DNA of 64,000 nucleotides from Pristiophorus japonicus (GCF_044704955.1 NC_091997.1:16554001-16618000), one strand, 5' to 3'. Counted from the first letter of the stretch, positions 23,571 through 37,269 are shown. Notes: generated by a model from the sequence alone, not told the origin. A program made the numbers and translations.

Positions 23571-25418
23571 GATGCTGATGCCGTGTTTTTCCACCTATCC
23601 ACCAATGCTCATTCCAGCAGCAACTAACATTTTTCCAAATTATGGTGACTTCCAATAGATACTGAGCATCGCTGACTGCCATTTGTATGTCTACCGACAA
23701 TTCTTTGGCATACCTAAAGAGGGTGATATATTCCACCACCTTGTTAGCTGCCTGGGAAGTACCAAAACATTAGAGTTGCATGCAATTGGACGATTTTCTA
23801 TCATTTCCAATATCAAAATCATATTGCATAAAATTGCTAGTGAATAGGTGCAGGCATCCACCATTTAGATGCCAGTCAGAAATAAAATCTATGTAAAAAA
23901 ACAAACTTGACCATTTTATAGAAAAAGGGAAAATATAATCCTTCAAATTTTTTTGTCCTGTGAAGCGCCTTGTGATGTTTTACTATATTAAAGATGCTAT
24001 ATAAATACAAGTTGATGTTGATCATAATACCAGGATCTGCAGGATCTGAGATGATGTTTTTAAAAAATGTTTATTTCCCCCCTAAAATCCATTTCTCTTC
24101 TTGCTGACTCAAGGAATCTGTCCAATTCCCTTTGGAATGTTTCAATATTGAATAACACAATATTTAACACACTGGGTGAAAGTCTATTCCATATAAATAT
24201 CCTTAGAATGCCAACAGGCCCAGATAAATTCCTGTCTCTGGTACAAAGGCTTTTGTTGTTTGCACGATGACACTGAAATAGCACCAATATTACAGTAATA
24301 TAAATGCTCCAATATTTTGAGCACCATTTTTAATGTAATATTAACCCTGCATAGCTACGCTTGGGGCTGGTTTACTAACTGGCTGATTCTAGCAGGAATC
24401 GGGCACTCACAGGGAGTACTAGTTGGGCAATTGTGGACCTGCAGTCCTTGATTTTCTGTCCATTGACCAGGGCCACAACCGCTCAATTTCCTGAGCAGCA
24501 CTCACTGTGTCTCGCTCTGTGTGCCCGATGGGCGAATCAGTTTTTGTATCTAAAAGTAAAGAAAATTAAATAATTGAATTCTCTCTGTATTCAATTCTAT
24601 TTCCTGCATTCTCTCTTTCCCTTTCTCTTTTTAAAAAAAAAAGACGTTTAATTTTACGGTTTATCTACTTCAGAATTAGCAGGCCTGGCCCCTGTTCAAG
24701 ATTTATGCAACACCTATCCTTCTTTCACACTTCATCCTATTCAGTTCCACAATCATTGACACCAGCGCTTGCGTGGTCCAGCTGCTTCAAGGCCAAGGCT
24801 GCTTCACAACAAGTTGTCATGAGGATGTGTTATTTACATTTTGCCCTCTTTCTTTGTCCAGATCATCATAGGCAGTCCCTCGGTGTCGAGGATGACTTAC
24901 TTCCATGCTAGAAATGTGTTCCCAGGTGACTGAAGAGTCTTATGCGGGACCTACAGTCTCTGTCACAGATGGGGCAAACGGTGGCTGATGGAACGGGTGG
25001 GTGGGGAGCCTGGGTTGCCGTGCGCTCCTTCCGCTGTCGATGCTTGGCTTCAGCTTGCTCTCGACGAAGAGACTCGTGGTGTTCAGCCACTTCCCGGATG
25101 CTTTTCCTCCACTTTGGGCGATCTTGGGCCAGGGATTCCCAGGTGTCGGTGGGGATGTTACATTTTTTCAAGGAGGCTTTGAGGGTGTCCTTGAAGCGTT
25201 TCCTCTGCCCACCTGGGGCTCGTTTGCCGTGTCGTAGCTCCGAGTAGAGCGCTTGTTTTGGGAGTCTAGTATCGGGCATGCGGGCGATGTGGTCTGTCCA
25301 GCGGAGCTGATTGAGCATGGTCAGTACTTCGATGCTGGGGATGTTGGCCTGAGTGAGAACACTGATGTTGGTGCGCCTATCCTGCCAATGGATTTTCAGG
25401 ATTTGCAGAGGCAGCATT

Positions 25419-28400
25419 TGTTGTATATGCAAGCACTCTAATAATGACACCACAAGGTAACGGTATAGTACTTGAACTGTAGTGACCTTAGTCCTTTATT
25501 GCAGCACCTAGAGTGAGGATACCAAGAGGTGAGCTCCCTTTTATACTTGGTTACCTGCAGTGTACAGGTGACCCTTAGGTCTCCAGCAGCAGCACCCTCT
25601 GATGTATAGGTATAGTGTATACAGGGTGAAGGTACATTCAGTGGTCTAGTGTTACAGTACATACATTAACATGCATACATAACAACACTCCCCCCTAAGC
25701 CTTTCCCAAGTCCTTATTGCCATGACCTGGGGAGACGATTGGTAGTGGACGATGGGAGGTTGTGGTGAGGGTTGTGTGGGTGCCGGGTGTGATCCCTGTG
25801 TTCATGGCTGCACACATCCATTTCCCCCCCCATACATAGACCATGAGGGTGTCACTGTTGGAGGATTCCGCAGTGGTAGAGCAAGTGCATGTTGTCATGG
25901 GGTAAGGTACATACATTGTAGAATGGGTAGGTGGTGGCGTCTACTGGTGGTCAGGGCCACAGGGTGGGTGTGGCCTCTTTGTCCTCCATTGATGGTGGGA
26001 GTCTGGTCATCCCAGGTTCCATCGGGAAAGCTGGAGGTTACTGGCCTCTTGCTCCCGATGCTGGCCCTGGTGGCCAGGGGTGGGTAGGGCTGATCTTGGG
26101 ACAGGTTGCCAGTGGTGGTGGCTGTGCTGCTTATTGACCGCTGTCCCTGTAGTGGGTATGCTCCCACTGGGTGTGTGTGAACCCTTCCTGGGGCATCACA
26201 TTGGTTCCCGAAGCGCAGGCTACATGATCAGTGGAACTGGGTGTTTCCCACGGGGGGGGGGTCCCTTTGGCATTGTCTTTATACATGTAGAACCCGGTAT
26301 AATTTCTCATTCTCACATTAGCATACATGATACATTGGCTCCGATCGCAACTAGCTACTTCGACATTGTTATACTTCTTTACACTTCCACGTTTGTCACT
26401 TACAAGGGTTACATTTGACACTTTAGCATTACTGGAATCACTGTTCAACAGTGCAAACTTGTCACTTACATCATCTTTTGAAGCATTCATTACATTTCTC
26501 ATTAGCATTGCCGGCATCACCATTCAACAGTACATCTATATAACTGCATTCATTATTGACACTTTTATCTTTAATATCACCGGCATCGCTGTGCCAAGAG
26601 TGGAACCGTCCCTTTAATTCTTCTGGGTTGCCGGCCCCCTTTAAGCGGGCCTTGCAGTCTTTACCCCAATCCAGTTCGCCGCTCGGTGACACGTGTTGCT
26701 CGCTCAATGCTGCCCCTTGTGGTCAGGTCGCAGCCATCTTGAATCCAGGTGCTTCGCCTCGTGGTGTGGGCACCACCTTCTCTCTCTCCACGAGGTAGGC
26801 TGCAGTGATCTTTTTCTCCCCAGGTTCTGCCACAGACGCCGGGAGTCTACCTTCTGCGCCGATCTTCTTCCCTTGGAGTCCTGCCACCGGAGCCCGGAGG
26901 TCTGGTCGTTCAGGTTGGATCATCTCATTGAGTTATGCAGTCTGTGTCGTTGCCACGCAGTCGAGTCGGACGGTAGGATTTTCAGATGTCGATCGCCAGG
27001 GCCTGGAGGCCTTTGTCGCTTCGACAGATTTGGACTTGCATCATCCAGCTTCTTCCCAGCAGCGTTGGCCTATCACCGTCAAAGATCCACAGGGGTAGCT
27101 TGTGCATCGCGCTGCCATGGAATGCCTGGACCTCCACGCTGCCAATGACTGGGATGGTGCCTTTTGTGTAGGTGAGTAGCTTTGCTTGGACTGGGATATT
27201 TTGGGTCGTTTGGCGGGATTGTTCCAGAGTTTCTCAAAGGCCGCCTGACTCATCAATGACTGGCTCGCCCCTGTGTCGATCTCCATTCTACTTCCATTTT
27301 CCACGGGGAACTCTCGGTGGAGCAGGTATATATTCCGTACTTCTCTTCCGGGGGCTGAGCAGCTTTGTCTTCATCAGCGCTGGAGCCCAGGTGATCGGCC
27401 AAATCTTCAGCGGCTCGGTGAGTAAAACTTTTTCTTCATATTCGCTGAAGGTGACCTTTAGTGTTGCAGCCTTTGCAGGTATAGTCTTTGTATCGGCACT
27501 GGTGGGCCCTGTGGTTTCCTCCACAGCGCCAGCATGGGGCTAGCCGGTTGGCCTCATGTGGCGGACTCAGGGTTGCGGGACTCAGGACAGCAGTCTTGCC
27601 TCTGAAAGTCACCATTCTGTTCACTGTACCGTCGGGCTAGATTCCTGGGTGCGGGTCATCAACCGTTTGGAGTCGCAGACCGAAATCATGAAAGCCTGGC
27701 TCACTTTGATTGCCTTCTGCAGGGTGACCGCAGTGAGCAGTTTATGGAGGAGGCCCTTGTGGCCGATTCCAATAATGAAGATGTCCCTTAGTGCTTCGGT
27801 GAGGTGGTCGCCAAAATCCACACAGTGCAGCCAATCTTCTCAGATCTGCAGCGTATTTAGCAATTTCTTGGCCTTCGGGTGTAGAACCGGTGTCTGGCTG
27901 TGAGAATGCTCTCTTTGGGTTTGAGTTGTTCTTGTATTAAAGTTACGAGCTCCTCATGGGTCTTGGTTGTCGTCTTCACTGGGGCTAGCAGGTCCCTGAC
28001 GAGGCCATGGACATTGGGCCCACAACTGCTGAGCAGGATGGCTCTGTGCTTGTCCGCCAGCGAGATCGTTGAGTTCCCAGCCAGGTCGTTCACGATGAAA
28101 AAGTGTTCTAGCCTTTCCACAAAGGCATCCCAATCTTCCCCATCAGCGAATTGTTGGAAGTTGCTTAGGTTAGACATATTGTGCGTGGAATTCGTAACCT
28201 TATCGCCAGTTGTTGAATGTGCAAGCACTCTAATAATGACTCCACGAGGTAAGGGTATAGTTCACTTGAACTGTAGTGACCTTAGTCCTTTATTGCAGCT
28301 CCTAGAGTGAGCACACCCTTTTATACTTGGTTACCTGCAATATACAGGTGACCCTTAGGTCTCCAGCAGCAGAACCCTCTGGTGTACATGTATACTGTAT

Positions 28401-28464
28401 ACAGGGTGAAGGTACATTCAGTGGTCTAGTATTACAGTACATACATTAACATTCATACATAACA
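25419..28464 (-). mobile_element. Non-autonomous Ty3/Gypsy LTR element (gag + protease, no RT/RNase H/integrase seen)
   Basis: LTRs at 25419-25684 and 28211-28464 (TG...CA), 5-bp TSD GCATT, PBS TGGCGATAAGG (28198-28208), PPT GGGGGGAGTGT next to the 3' LTR. Confidence 0.92.
27041..28177 (-). pseudogene. Gypsy gag-protease, frameshifted
   Basis: MSNLSNFQQFADGEDWDAFVERLEHFF...; zinc knuckles CWRCGGNHRAHQC and CKGCNTKGHLQR; protease motif MEIDTGASQS. Confidence 0.85.
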
Positions 28465-30021
28465 GCATTGGTGGTACTTCTCCAGTGTTGAGGTGCCTGT
28501 TGTACATAGTCCATGTCTCTGAGCCATATAGGAGAGCGGGTATCCATGCTGTGTAGTCCATGAGCTTGGTGCCGGGTTTGAGGTCCTGGTCTTCAAACAC
28601 TTTCTTGCTTAGGCGACCGAAAGTTGCACTGGCACACTGAAGGCGGTGTTGGACCTCGTCATCAATGTCTGCCCTTGTTGACAGTAGGCTCCTGAGGTAT
28701 AGAAAATGGTCCACATTGTGTAAGGTCTCGTGGTGAATTTTGATAACCGGGGGGGGGGGGGGGGGGGGGTGGCAGTACTGTGTGGCGGGGGCAGGTTGGT
28801 AGAGGACCTTTGTCTTACAGCTGTTCAGTGTAAGGCCCATGCTCTCGTACGCCTCAGTGAAGGTGTTGACGATGGCTTGGAGTTCGGCCTCCAAGTGTGC
28901 GCAAATGCAGGCGTCGTCTGCGTACTGTAATTCGGTGATGGAGGATGGGATGACCTTGGATCTGGCCTGGAGGTGGCGGAGGTTGAACAGATTCCCGTTT
29001 TCCTGTAATTTAGTTTCCACTCCAGCGGGGAGCTTGCCGAGGGTGAGATGGAGCATTGCAGCAAGGAAGATCAAGAAGAGCGTTGGTGCGATGACACAGC
29101 CTTGCTTGACCCTGGTCCAAACATGGAATGGGTCTGAGATGGATCCATTGGTCAAGATCACGGCTTGCATGTCATCGTGAAGCAGACGGAGGATGGTGAC
29201 AAACTTTTGAGGGCAGCCGAATCTGAGGAGGACACTCCATAATACCTCACGGTTGACAGTGTCGAAGGCTTTTGTGAGGTCGAAGAAGGCCATGTGCAGG
29301 GGTTGGTGCTGTTCCTGCATTTCTTTTGTATCTGTTGTGCGGTGAAAATCATGTCCATTGCGCCCCTTAGTGGGAGGAATACGCATTGCGACTCTGGGAG
29401 GAGTTCTTCAGCCGCAGGAAGAAGGCGATTCAGGAGGATTCTTGCGATGACTTTCCCACTGGTCGACAGCAGGGAGATGCCTCTGTAGTTATCGCAGTCG
29501 GACTTGTCACTTTTCTTGAAGATGGTCACGATCTCCTGGCATGATCTCCTCCTTGCAGACAAGAGATATAAGATCATGGATCTGCGCCAGTAGTGTTTCT
29601 CCACCATGTTTTAGTGCTTTGGCGGGGATTCCATCTGCTCCTGATGACTTGTTGTTCATCAGTTGTCAGATGGCCTTTTCAACCTCGTGCCGGGCTGGGG
29701 TTGTGCTGAGATGGTGGCGGGTAGCATGCTATGGGATGGAATCGAGGGCACTCACATCGAAGACAGAGTCTCGGTTGAGGAGATCCTCAAAGTACTCCTT
29801 CCAACAGGCACTGAAAGTCTCTCTGTCCTTGATGAGCACCTCTCCGTTCTTGGCCAGTAGTGGGGTAGGTCCTTTGCTGCTGGGGCCGTAGGTCATCTTG
29901 ATTGCACTGATGAATCCTCACACGTCGTGGTTGTCGGCTAGCTGCTGGATTTCTTGAGCTTTCTCCACCCACCATTTGTTCTTTAGGTCGCGGGTTTTCT
30001 GTTGGACCTCTGCCTTCAGAC

Positions 30022-30398
30022 GTGGCTGCAATGTGTACCATCTACAAGATGCACTGCAGAAACTTGCCAAGGCTTCTTCGGCAGCACCTGCCAAACCCAC
30101 GACCTCTACCCCCTAGAAGTACAAGGGCAGCAGGCGCATGGGAACACCACCACCTCCACGTTCCCCTCAAAATTACACACCAACCTGACTTGGAAGTATA
30201 TCGCCATTCTTCATCGTCGCTGGGTCAAAATCCTGGAACTCCCTCCCTAAAAGCACTGTGGGAGCACCTTCACCACACGGACTGCAGCGATTCAAGAAGG
30301 CGGCTCACCACCAGCTTCTCAAGGGCAATTAGGGATGGCCAATAAATCCTGATCTTGCCAGCGATGCCCACATCCCGTGCCCAAATTAAAAAAAAAAG
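30022..30398 (+). mobile_element. LINE 3' end (CR1/L2-like group)
   Basis: VAAMCTIYKMHC...GSKSWNSLP coding end, followed by AATAAA and an A tail. Confidence 0.8.
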
Positions 30399-31440
30399 AC
30401 CTGAAGCCACCAAACACCTTGCCAGGGACCTGACACTCAATCTCTCTCTGCAAAGCAGCAGCAAAAATCTATCCACCCCAGGTGATTTGGAAAGTCTGAG
30501 GATAGCGCACGGGATGACTCCACAGTTCATAGGTCATGGGGCAAGAAGCAACTGACCAGAGCGTGAGGTCTCCTCCATCCGCCGTTAATGAGGCAAGCCT
30601 AGCTTTTAAAGGAAGGATTCTTTTGGAGCACAAACGATTGTTAGAAACACTGGGAAAGTGCCTTTGAGCATTCATGGTGGCTAATGTGGAGGATTCCATA
30701 AGCCTCATGTATGGCATTTAAAGGATGACTTCCAGGGACATTTGCACTGTAACTCCTCTCGTCCTCAACCTAAATCTCTCCTGAATGTTCAGCTGCAATG
30801 CCACCTTCTGCGTAGACAGGATAGTAGATCAACTTGTTCAAATGGAAGGCACAATTGACTGGTGTTTCGTTGATATCAGTGCTACAATAGCGTGTGCTCA
30901 GCCACAGATCAGCAGGCACAGAGGTCAGGAGCAGGGGCACACCAGACCTGGCGATGGATGACATTATTTCAGATGACAACATAGCCACATCAGCTCACCA
31001 TTCCACTCCATTGACTTTGCCTGTGCTTGGCTGCTCCTGTACCTGCAAAAGTGCAGCAGCATGAAGCAGGCCAATCTCAGGTCCTCCTTGATCCCCAGCG
31101 CTTCTTGGATAGTTGCCCACTACCTCGCAGGCTACTGCTGCCACTGTGAAGGAACACCAGATTAGATTATCAAACACAACACCAACATGAGTTCGAGATA
31201 GGAGTCAGTATACGAGCAGGCATTAGATTAAGAGGCGCTTCGGGTTAGAAATTGGCTTGGATCCATTATCGGCACCAAATGGGCACAGGAAGCAAGCCCT
31301 GCAGCAGAAAACGGAGGGCCAAGAATCGTGCAAAATTGGTCGGCGGGCTTCATTGCAGCAATAGTGACAAGCAGCGGGCGCCAATCGAACACCCACTTGC
31401 TGCTCACCGGCCTGGGCCTTCGCAATTTCCCCGCAGGTAG

Positions 31441-31779
31441 GTCAGTATTCAGAATAAGGGGTCAGTATTCAGATTAAGGGGTCAGTATTCAGATTAAGGG
31501 GTCACCCATTTAAAACGGAGATGAGGAGGAATATCTTCTCTGAGGGTCATGAATCTTTGGAATTCTCTACCCCAGAAAGCTGCGGAGGCTGGGGCATTGA
31601 ACATATTTCAGGTGGAGACGGACAGATTTTTGAACGATAAGGGAGTGAAGGGTTATGGGGAGCGGGCAGAAAAGTGGAGTTGAGGTCAAGATCAGATCAG
31701 CCATGATCTTATTGAATAGCGGAGCAGGCTCGAGGGGCCGAATGGCCTACTCCTGCTCGTATTTCTTATGTTCTTGTTC
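31441..31779 (+). mobile_element. CR1 3' fragment with a 3 x 20-bp tandem repeat at its 5' junction
   Basis: (GTCAGTATTCAGAWTAAGGG)x3 at 31441-31500, then the CR1 end and TTCTTATG tail. Confidence 0.85.
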
Positions 31780-32399
31780 TGAGGTGGGACGGGGGGGGGG
31801 AAGACACAGGCCGGCAGCCACATGTAGTTTCACTGTGCAAAGAGCAAACTATGTAAAAACTAAAAAAAAGTTTTTTTTTCCTGCGGCATCCAGCGATCCC
31901 TTTACGGACTACAGCTGCAGCCAGTGGCAGCGCTGGCTGCATGCAGTGATTACTGAAGGTAGCAGACAGCACGACCATTATGTGCTGCTTGCTTCCCTTG
32001 GAAATAGCATTGTGTTAAACTCAGCTGATCCAGAGGTCATTCCATTGTTATTCAAGTAAATAAGCCTGTATTATTTATCTCAGGTCCGTTAATTTTCATT
32101 TAACCAGCTGAAGGATTTTAAAATGTGCTCGTCATGCAAACCTATGCAATCTGAAGCATGCTGAAAGCAATCAGTAATGTAATTTGTTCCGCAAATATAA
32201 TTGCCATTTGATTCAGAAAATTGCACTTTGTGAAGCTGTTTTTTTTGCCAAGTATATAGTACAGCTCAGCCTCAAATCTATGAATATTTCAGCTGGGATA
32301 TCATCCACCAGGGGATTGACAGCCATACATGGGTGGAAATTACTCCATGTAACAGTGGACACTCCTCGTTAGTTCAGTTCAAAATTGTAACGCTGGGAT

Positions 32400-32650
32400 C
32401 CTTGATGGCTCATTGAATTCATCCAGTGAGTAGCCAAGCATATCAGAAAGGTCTTACATTCAATTCCCCAGTCTGTATTGAGTAAGCTGATCCCAGTTGG
32501 GCTGCCAGGAGAAGTGCTACATTTCGCATGAAGGGAAAAACATTCGACAGGGCTCTCATTCCTGATCACTACCCAATAGACTTTGGTTGGAAGGCCCACA
32601 AGTGAACATTGGTGAGGGTACCACTGACCGCGGTTGTGATGTGGTGCACT
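32400..32650 (+). mobile_element. Old SINE-like repeat (family shared with 39985 and 45530 copies)
   Basis: Shared motifs TTCAAT...TGAGT.AGCTGATC and CACTA.CCA.T.AC. Confidence 0.4.
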
Positions 32651-33620
32651 CTCGTGCCCCATGATCAAATAAAATGCCATAGTTCACCGGCAGGACCCAC
32701 ACATGAAGCAAATGAAAATGTTGTTTTATATGGAAAATATAAAATATCTATTCAATCGTCGGGCCTGTCCAACATACCAAAGTCCCAAGGGCAATACAAT
32801 AATGGGTTGTTTTGCTAAATAAATTATATCCAGCAGGCACTCCAAATGTGTCCCGTTTATTGCAGGATTGTGTTCTGGAATGGCTTCAAGTATAAATAGA
32901 TTGAGCAGAAATGACATTGTCTGACAAAGAATATAGATCTCAAAGTGCACTGGACAATGCAGCCAGTGTCCAGTGCACTGCCAGTGATGAACAGCTACCA
33001 AATTCCAGACATGAATTTTAGTGTGATAACTGAGCACAAAGGAACAATAATCTACCCCAGTTACTCATCACACTTTTTTTTTAATACGCTGAGTGCTAAA
33101 ATCACAGTTTATACACTATGTTAAAGTGATTCTTGCAGCTAAGTTCACAAAATTCTTTTTTTTAAATGAAGCATACAAAAGTATTTCCACTATGTTCACA
33201 TTGCAGTGTTTGTATTTCTGCAGTAAAATTATTGGAAAAGGCCAAGAATAAACCATTTAATAGAAACTGGGCTTTTGAATATCCATTTGAAATGTGTCGA
33301 AAGATTTTCCTTATTCTCTTTTTATCTTTGGACTGGAGATAATGCAAACTCTGGGCCTTCAAGGTTTCGGATGCAGCAGATACAGCTCTTTACCTCCAAG
33401 GATTGTTCTGTTACCTCTTATTATCTATATATATAAAAATCTTTCATAGGGCACTTCCTGTCTACAAACCTTACTTCCTGTTGTCAAGCTTTTTGGTCAC
33501 AATTCTCTGACAACATTTATCATTGTAAATTGCTATGTCAACATTTGTCATTCAATTTTGCTGTGCAGTTGCAGGCTCTGACCACCAGGTATGCCTGAAG
33601 AGCTTCTCCCAACTCGATGG

Positions 33621-33827
33621 TGTTATATATGTAAACCTGCAAATACCTTGTTTAACCACCAGAGGGCTCATCCCCTGGAGTCCCAAGGGATCCCACAATC
33701 CCTTGGGAGCACATGTATTTAAGGAGGCCTCACAGGCTGGAGAGGCACTCTGGAGACTTGTAATAAAAGACTAAGGTCTTTATTTGAGCTCGCAGTATCT
33801 GGTCAGACTCTTTATTCATACATAACA
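33621..33827 (+). mobile_element. Solo Gypsy LTR (related to the 54490 LTRs)
   Basis: TGTTAT...ATAACA termini, perfect 5-bp TSD GATGG, AATAAA, and the shared CCCAAGGGAT...ATCCCTTGGG hairpin. Confidence 0.92.
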
Positions 33828-34574
33828 GATGGCATCTTTTTTATAATAAAACTTATATTCATCAACTGACCATGGGAAATACTGCAACAGCACCTTTAGC
33901 GTAGTAAATAAAGCATAACAGATTAAAATCAGAGTATGTTCCAATAATTCACTTTGTCGATTATATTAGGCTTCTTGTGTGCAACAGGTTGTCCATGAAA
34001 TGCAGTTTTCCTATATTCACCCAGCTACGATTGAAACCTATTCTATTATAGAGAGAATGGTCTATTTCCATTCTGCCCTGCTATCAAGACTGTATTCTTC
34101 CAGCTCCTTCTTTATTCAGAACTTATCTATTTAATTTTGCAATCACTGCGATGAATTACAAGTGAGAAGTTGACCCCAAATCATGATTGACTATGCTTTC
34201 CTGATTTCTGATTTCTTTCTTGCTCCAATTCTCTACCTAGAACTTTTCGGTTTTTACCTTATAGATTCTCTTCATAATTTTAAACACTTGAATCATATCC
34301 CCACTGGTCTTCCTCTTCATAATGAAATTAAGTTAACTTCTCAGCTTCCTCTTAATGCTCAAAGCTGAACAATTACTCCAGTCACTGTTTATGCTGCTCC
34401 AAACAGCCTACAGATTTTTAAAATTTATTTTGACCAAAACTAAGCACAATACTTCAATTGTTGTCTCACTAATTTTCTCTATCACTTCAGTTTATTACTC
34501 CCTTTGTCTTATATTCAGTCTGTAGACTTTGACCACCTGTTTGTCTCAACAATTGCTGCGTTGCATTGTGAAGA

Positions 34575-34960
34575 TAGAATCATAGGAGGCCATTCAGCCT
34601 GTTGAGTCTGTGCTGGCTCGTTTGATAGTCTCACTTCCCCGCTCTTTCCTCATATCCCTGCAATTTTTTCTCCTTCAAATATTTATCCAATTCCCTTTTG
34701 AAGGCTGCTATTGTATCTTTATTAGGCAGTGCATTCTAAATTCTAATCACTCATTGCTTAAAAACGTTTTTACTCATGTCATCTCTGGTTCTTTTGCCAA
34801 TCACCTTAAATCCGTGCCCTCTGGTTATCGACCCTTCAGCCATTGGAAATGGTTTCTCTTCGTTTACTCTACCTGAGCCCTTTATGATTTTAAACACCTC
34901 TATCAAATCTCCTCTTCGTCTTCTCTACTCTAAGAAGAACAACCCCAGTCTATCCACGTA
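34575..34960 (-). mobile_element. CR1 3' fragment
   Basis: Reverse complement of LGLFFLE.RRRRGDLIEVFKII and CR1 3' UTR. Confidence 0.7.
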
Positions 34961-36324
34961 ACTGTAATCCCTCATCCCAGGAACCATTCTTTACGAGTGA
35001 CAAAGCCACAACTATTGCCTGAATCCTCAGCAGGTGTCCATCACCACCATTCAGCAGGTCAATGTGTCGCTGGGTCAGGGATGTGGGAATTCCTGGCCTT
35101 GGAAGTGCCAGCCCCTTCCTGTGTTGATAGCCTTGTATGGACCCATCCCCAACAAGTCCCACTGCAACTTTGGATCCAGTCTATTTTGTAGCTCTTCCAG
35201 AAATTACAACGGACATGCACTGGAAGGGCCATAGATTTGAAGTCTCCTTATTTTTACCGTTTATAATATTTATCAATAATAAATATCATTTACCACAAAT
35301 CTTCCTGGAACCTAAATCCCTTTAAATGATACTTTTCTCAGTGAAAAGTAGATAAGTAACAAGTGTTAAGAGGAGGTCAAAGGACAGATTTCTATGGGAC
35401 ACCACTGCAACCAGTATCCAGCTTTAAGCAATCCTAATCATGACAACTCTTTCACTTTCTTTATCTAATATTGAAACCAATTTTCCAATTCCCCCTCTCT
35501 AGAAATCCCGGTTGGAATTTTGCCAGATATATTTATAAAGCTGAGACATACCATATCAAGTAACTTTTCACTTCATCACTAACTCAGCTGTATCCTCAAA
35601 CCAATCCAATGAATTTATTGAGCATGACCTGTTTGTCATGAGCTAAAGCTGGCTCTCATTTATTTCCTTCGCTGTCAAGCGAGCAAGCCTGTAATTTCCA
35701 GATTTGTACCTTTAACCTTTCTTGAAGATTGCAGTCACATTGGCTATTTCTTGCCATGTTGTATCCAAAGCACCGCTGTCGTGAATTTTGTGTCACTGCT
35801 GGTCTCAGGAACTACAAGTACCAACTATTCAACTTGAAGCCAAAGAGTATCCATTATTTCTAATGGGAACAAGCTGTTGTACTGAAATATTTTTTTGACA
35901 CTCCAGTGATTGAAGCCAGCTTTTAACCTTTTGGCCCCATGGTCTGCTCATTAATCATCCATTTGTGACCTGTAATCAAGGGACAACAGTCTCAGATTGT
36001 AATAATAGCTAAATCATGTGCCGTTTTATTTCAAAACACATAAGGCCATTGGATTACATAATGTGTTGCATTAAAGGTCAACCACTGAATACAATTTACC
36101 TAATTTACAACTTTAAGAACTGTAAAGCATTTAAAGGATTGTTTTTATTTTATTGAAAAAGATGCTGTTATGGGGTATTTGCTGCTATACAAAACATTTT
36201 GATGGCATGTTTCTCATCAAATTCAAATGGGAACTGAATAGTTTTCTGATGAATCAATTGAATGATGCTCTAGTATTCTTCCAACTTGGGGACCAATCGG
36301 CCAGGCTGCAATTAAACCTCCTAG

Positions 36325-36983
36325 TCCTTTGTATTCATGTGGGGACCTTGGAGTGCATATCCACAGATCTCTGAAGATAGGTAGATAAGGTGGTTAAGAA
36401 GGCATTCGGGATACTTGTCTTTATTAGCCGAGGCATAGAATATAAGAGCAGGGGGGGTTATGCAGTTCCAATCACCACATTACAGGAAAGATGAGGGTAC
36501 ATAGGAGATTTACGAAGATGTTGCCTGGACTGGAGAATTTTAGCTATGTGGAAAGATTGGATAGCCTGGGGTTGTTTTCTTTGGAACAGAGGAGGCTGAG
36601 GGGAGACCTAATTGAGGTGTATAAAATTCTGAGGGGCCTAGATAGAGTGGATAGGATGGACCTATTTCCCTTAGCAGAGAAGTCAATACCCAGGGGGCAT
36701 AGATTTAAAGTAATCGGTAGAAGGTTTAGATGGGATTTGAGGAGCAACTATTTCATCCAGAGGGTGGTGAGGGTCTGGAACTCACTGCCTGAAAGGGTGA
36801 TATAGGCAGAAACCCTCATAGCATTTACAAAGGACTTGGATGTGCACTTGAATTGCTGTAACCTACAAGGCTACGGACCAAGAGCTGGAAAGTGGGATTA
36901 GGCTGGATAGCTCTTTGTAGGCTGGCACAGACACGATGGGCCAAATGGCCTCCTTCTGTGCTGTAAATTTGTATGCTTCTATG
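36325..36983 (+). mobile_element. CR1 3' fragment
   Basis: ORF 36491-36805 RVHRRFTKMLPGL...LGLFSLEQRRLRGDLIEVYKIL...VWNSLP plus 3' UTR. Confidence 0.88.
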
Positions 36984-37269
36984 ATACGTGCAGTTTATTA
37001 TGTGTTTCATAAAAGTATTACTTGCCCTTTTTCCTGCTGTAAATATTGCCTTTCTTTCCTTCATTCTCTCTCCCATCATCTTCCCTCTTCCCCTGAACAT
37101 GTTGATTTGTCTTGGGGTACAGTTCTGCAGCCGTCAGCTTCACGCCAGTATTGCCCCCAAGTTTCCATTCTGTTCGAAGCCGAGACAGTGAGTGTCGTCA
37201 GCTGGTTCCACTGTGAGGGTATCACAGCCATGTTAGGTTCTGCATTTATTAGATTGCATCCTCCTCCAA

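Larger units (their letters stand above)
24862..30021 (-). mobile_element. RTE-clade LINE, 5'-truncated, interrupted by a Gypsy LTR element
   Basis: RT motifs NYRGISLLS, FFDLTKAFDTV, KQGCVIAPTLF, LQYADD (28418-29607); C-terminus RLPKQALYSEL...CPICDRDC..RIRLFSH (24908-25418); (TGA)n tail near 24862. Confidence 0.92.

Noticed and set aside
28749-28769. Poly-G run giving poly-Pro in the RTE ORF
   Set aside because: Homopolymer expansion; the RTE copy near 63887 has only a short G run.
31441-31500. CRISPR-like direct repeats
   Set aside because: No spacers, eukaryotic context, and the unit is CR1-derived.
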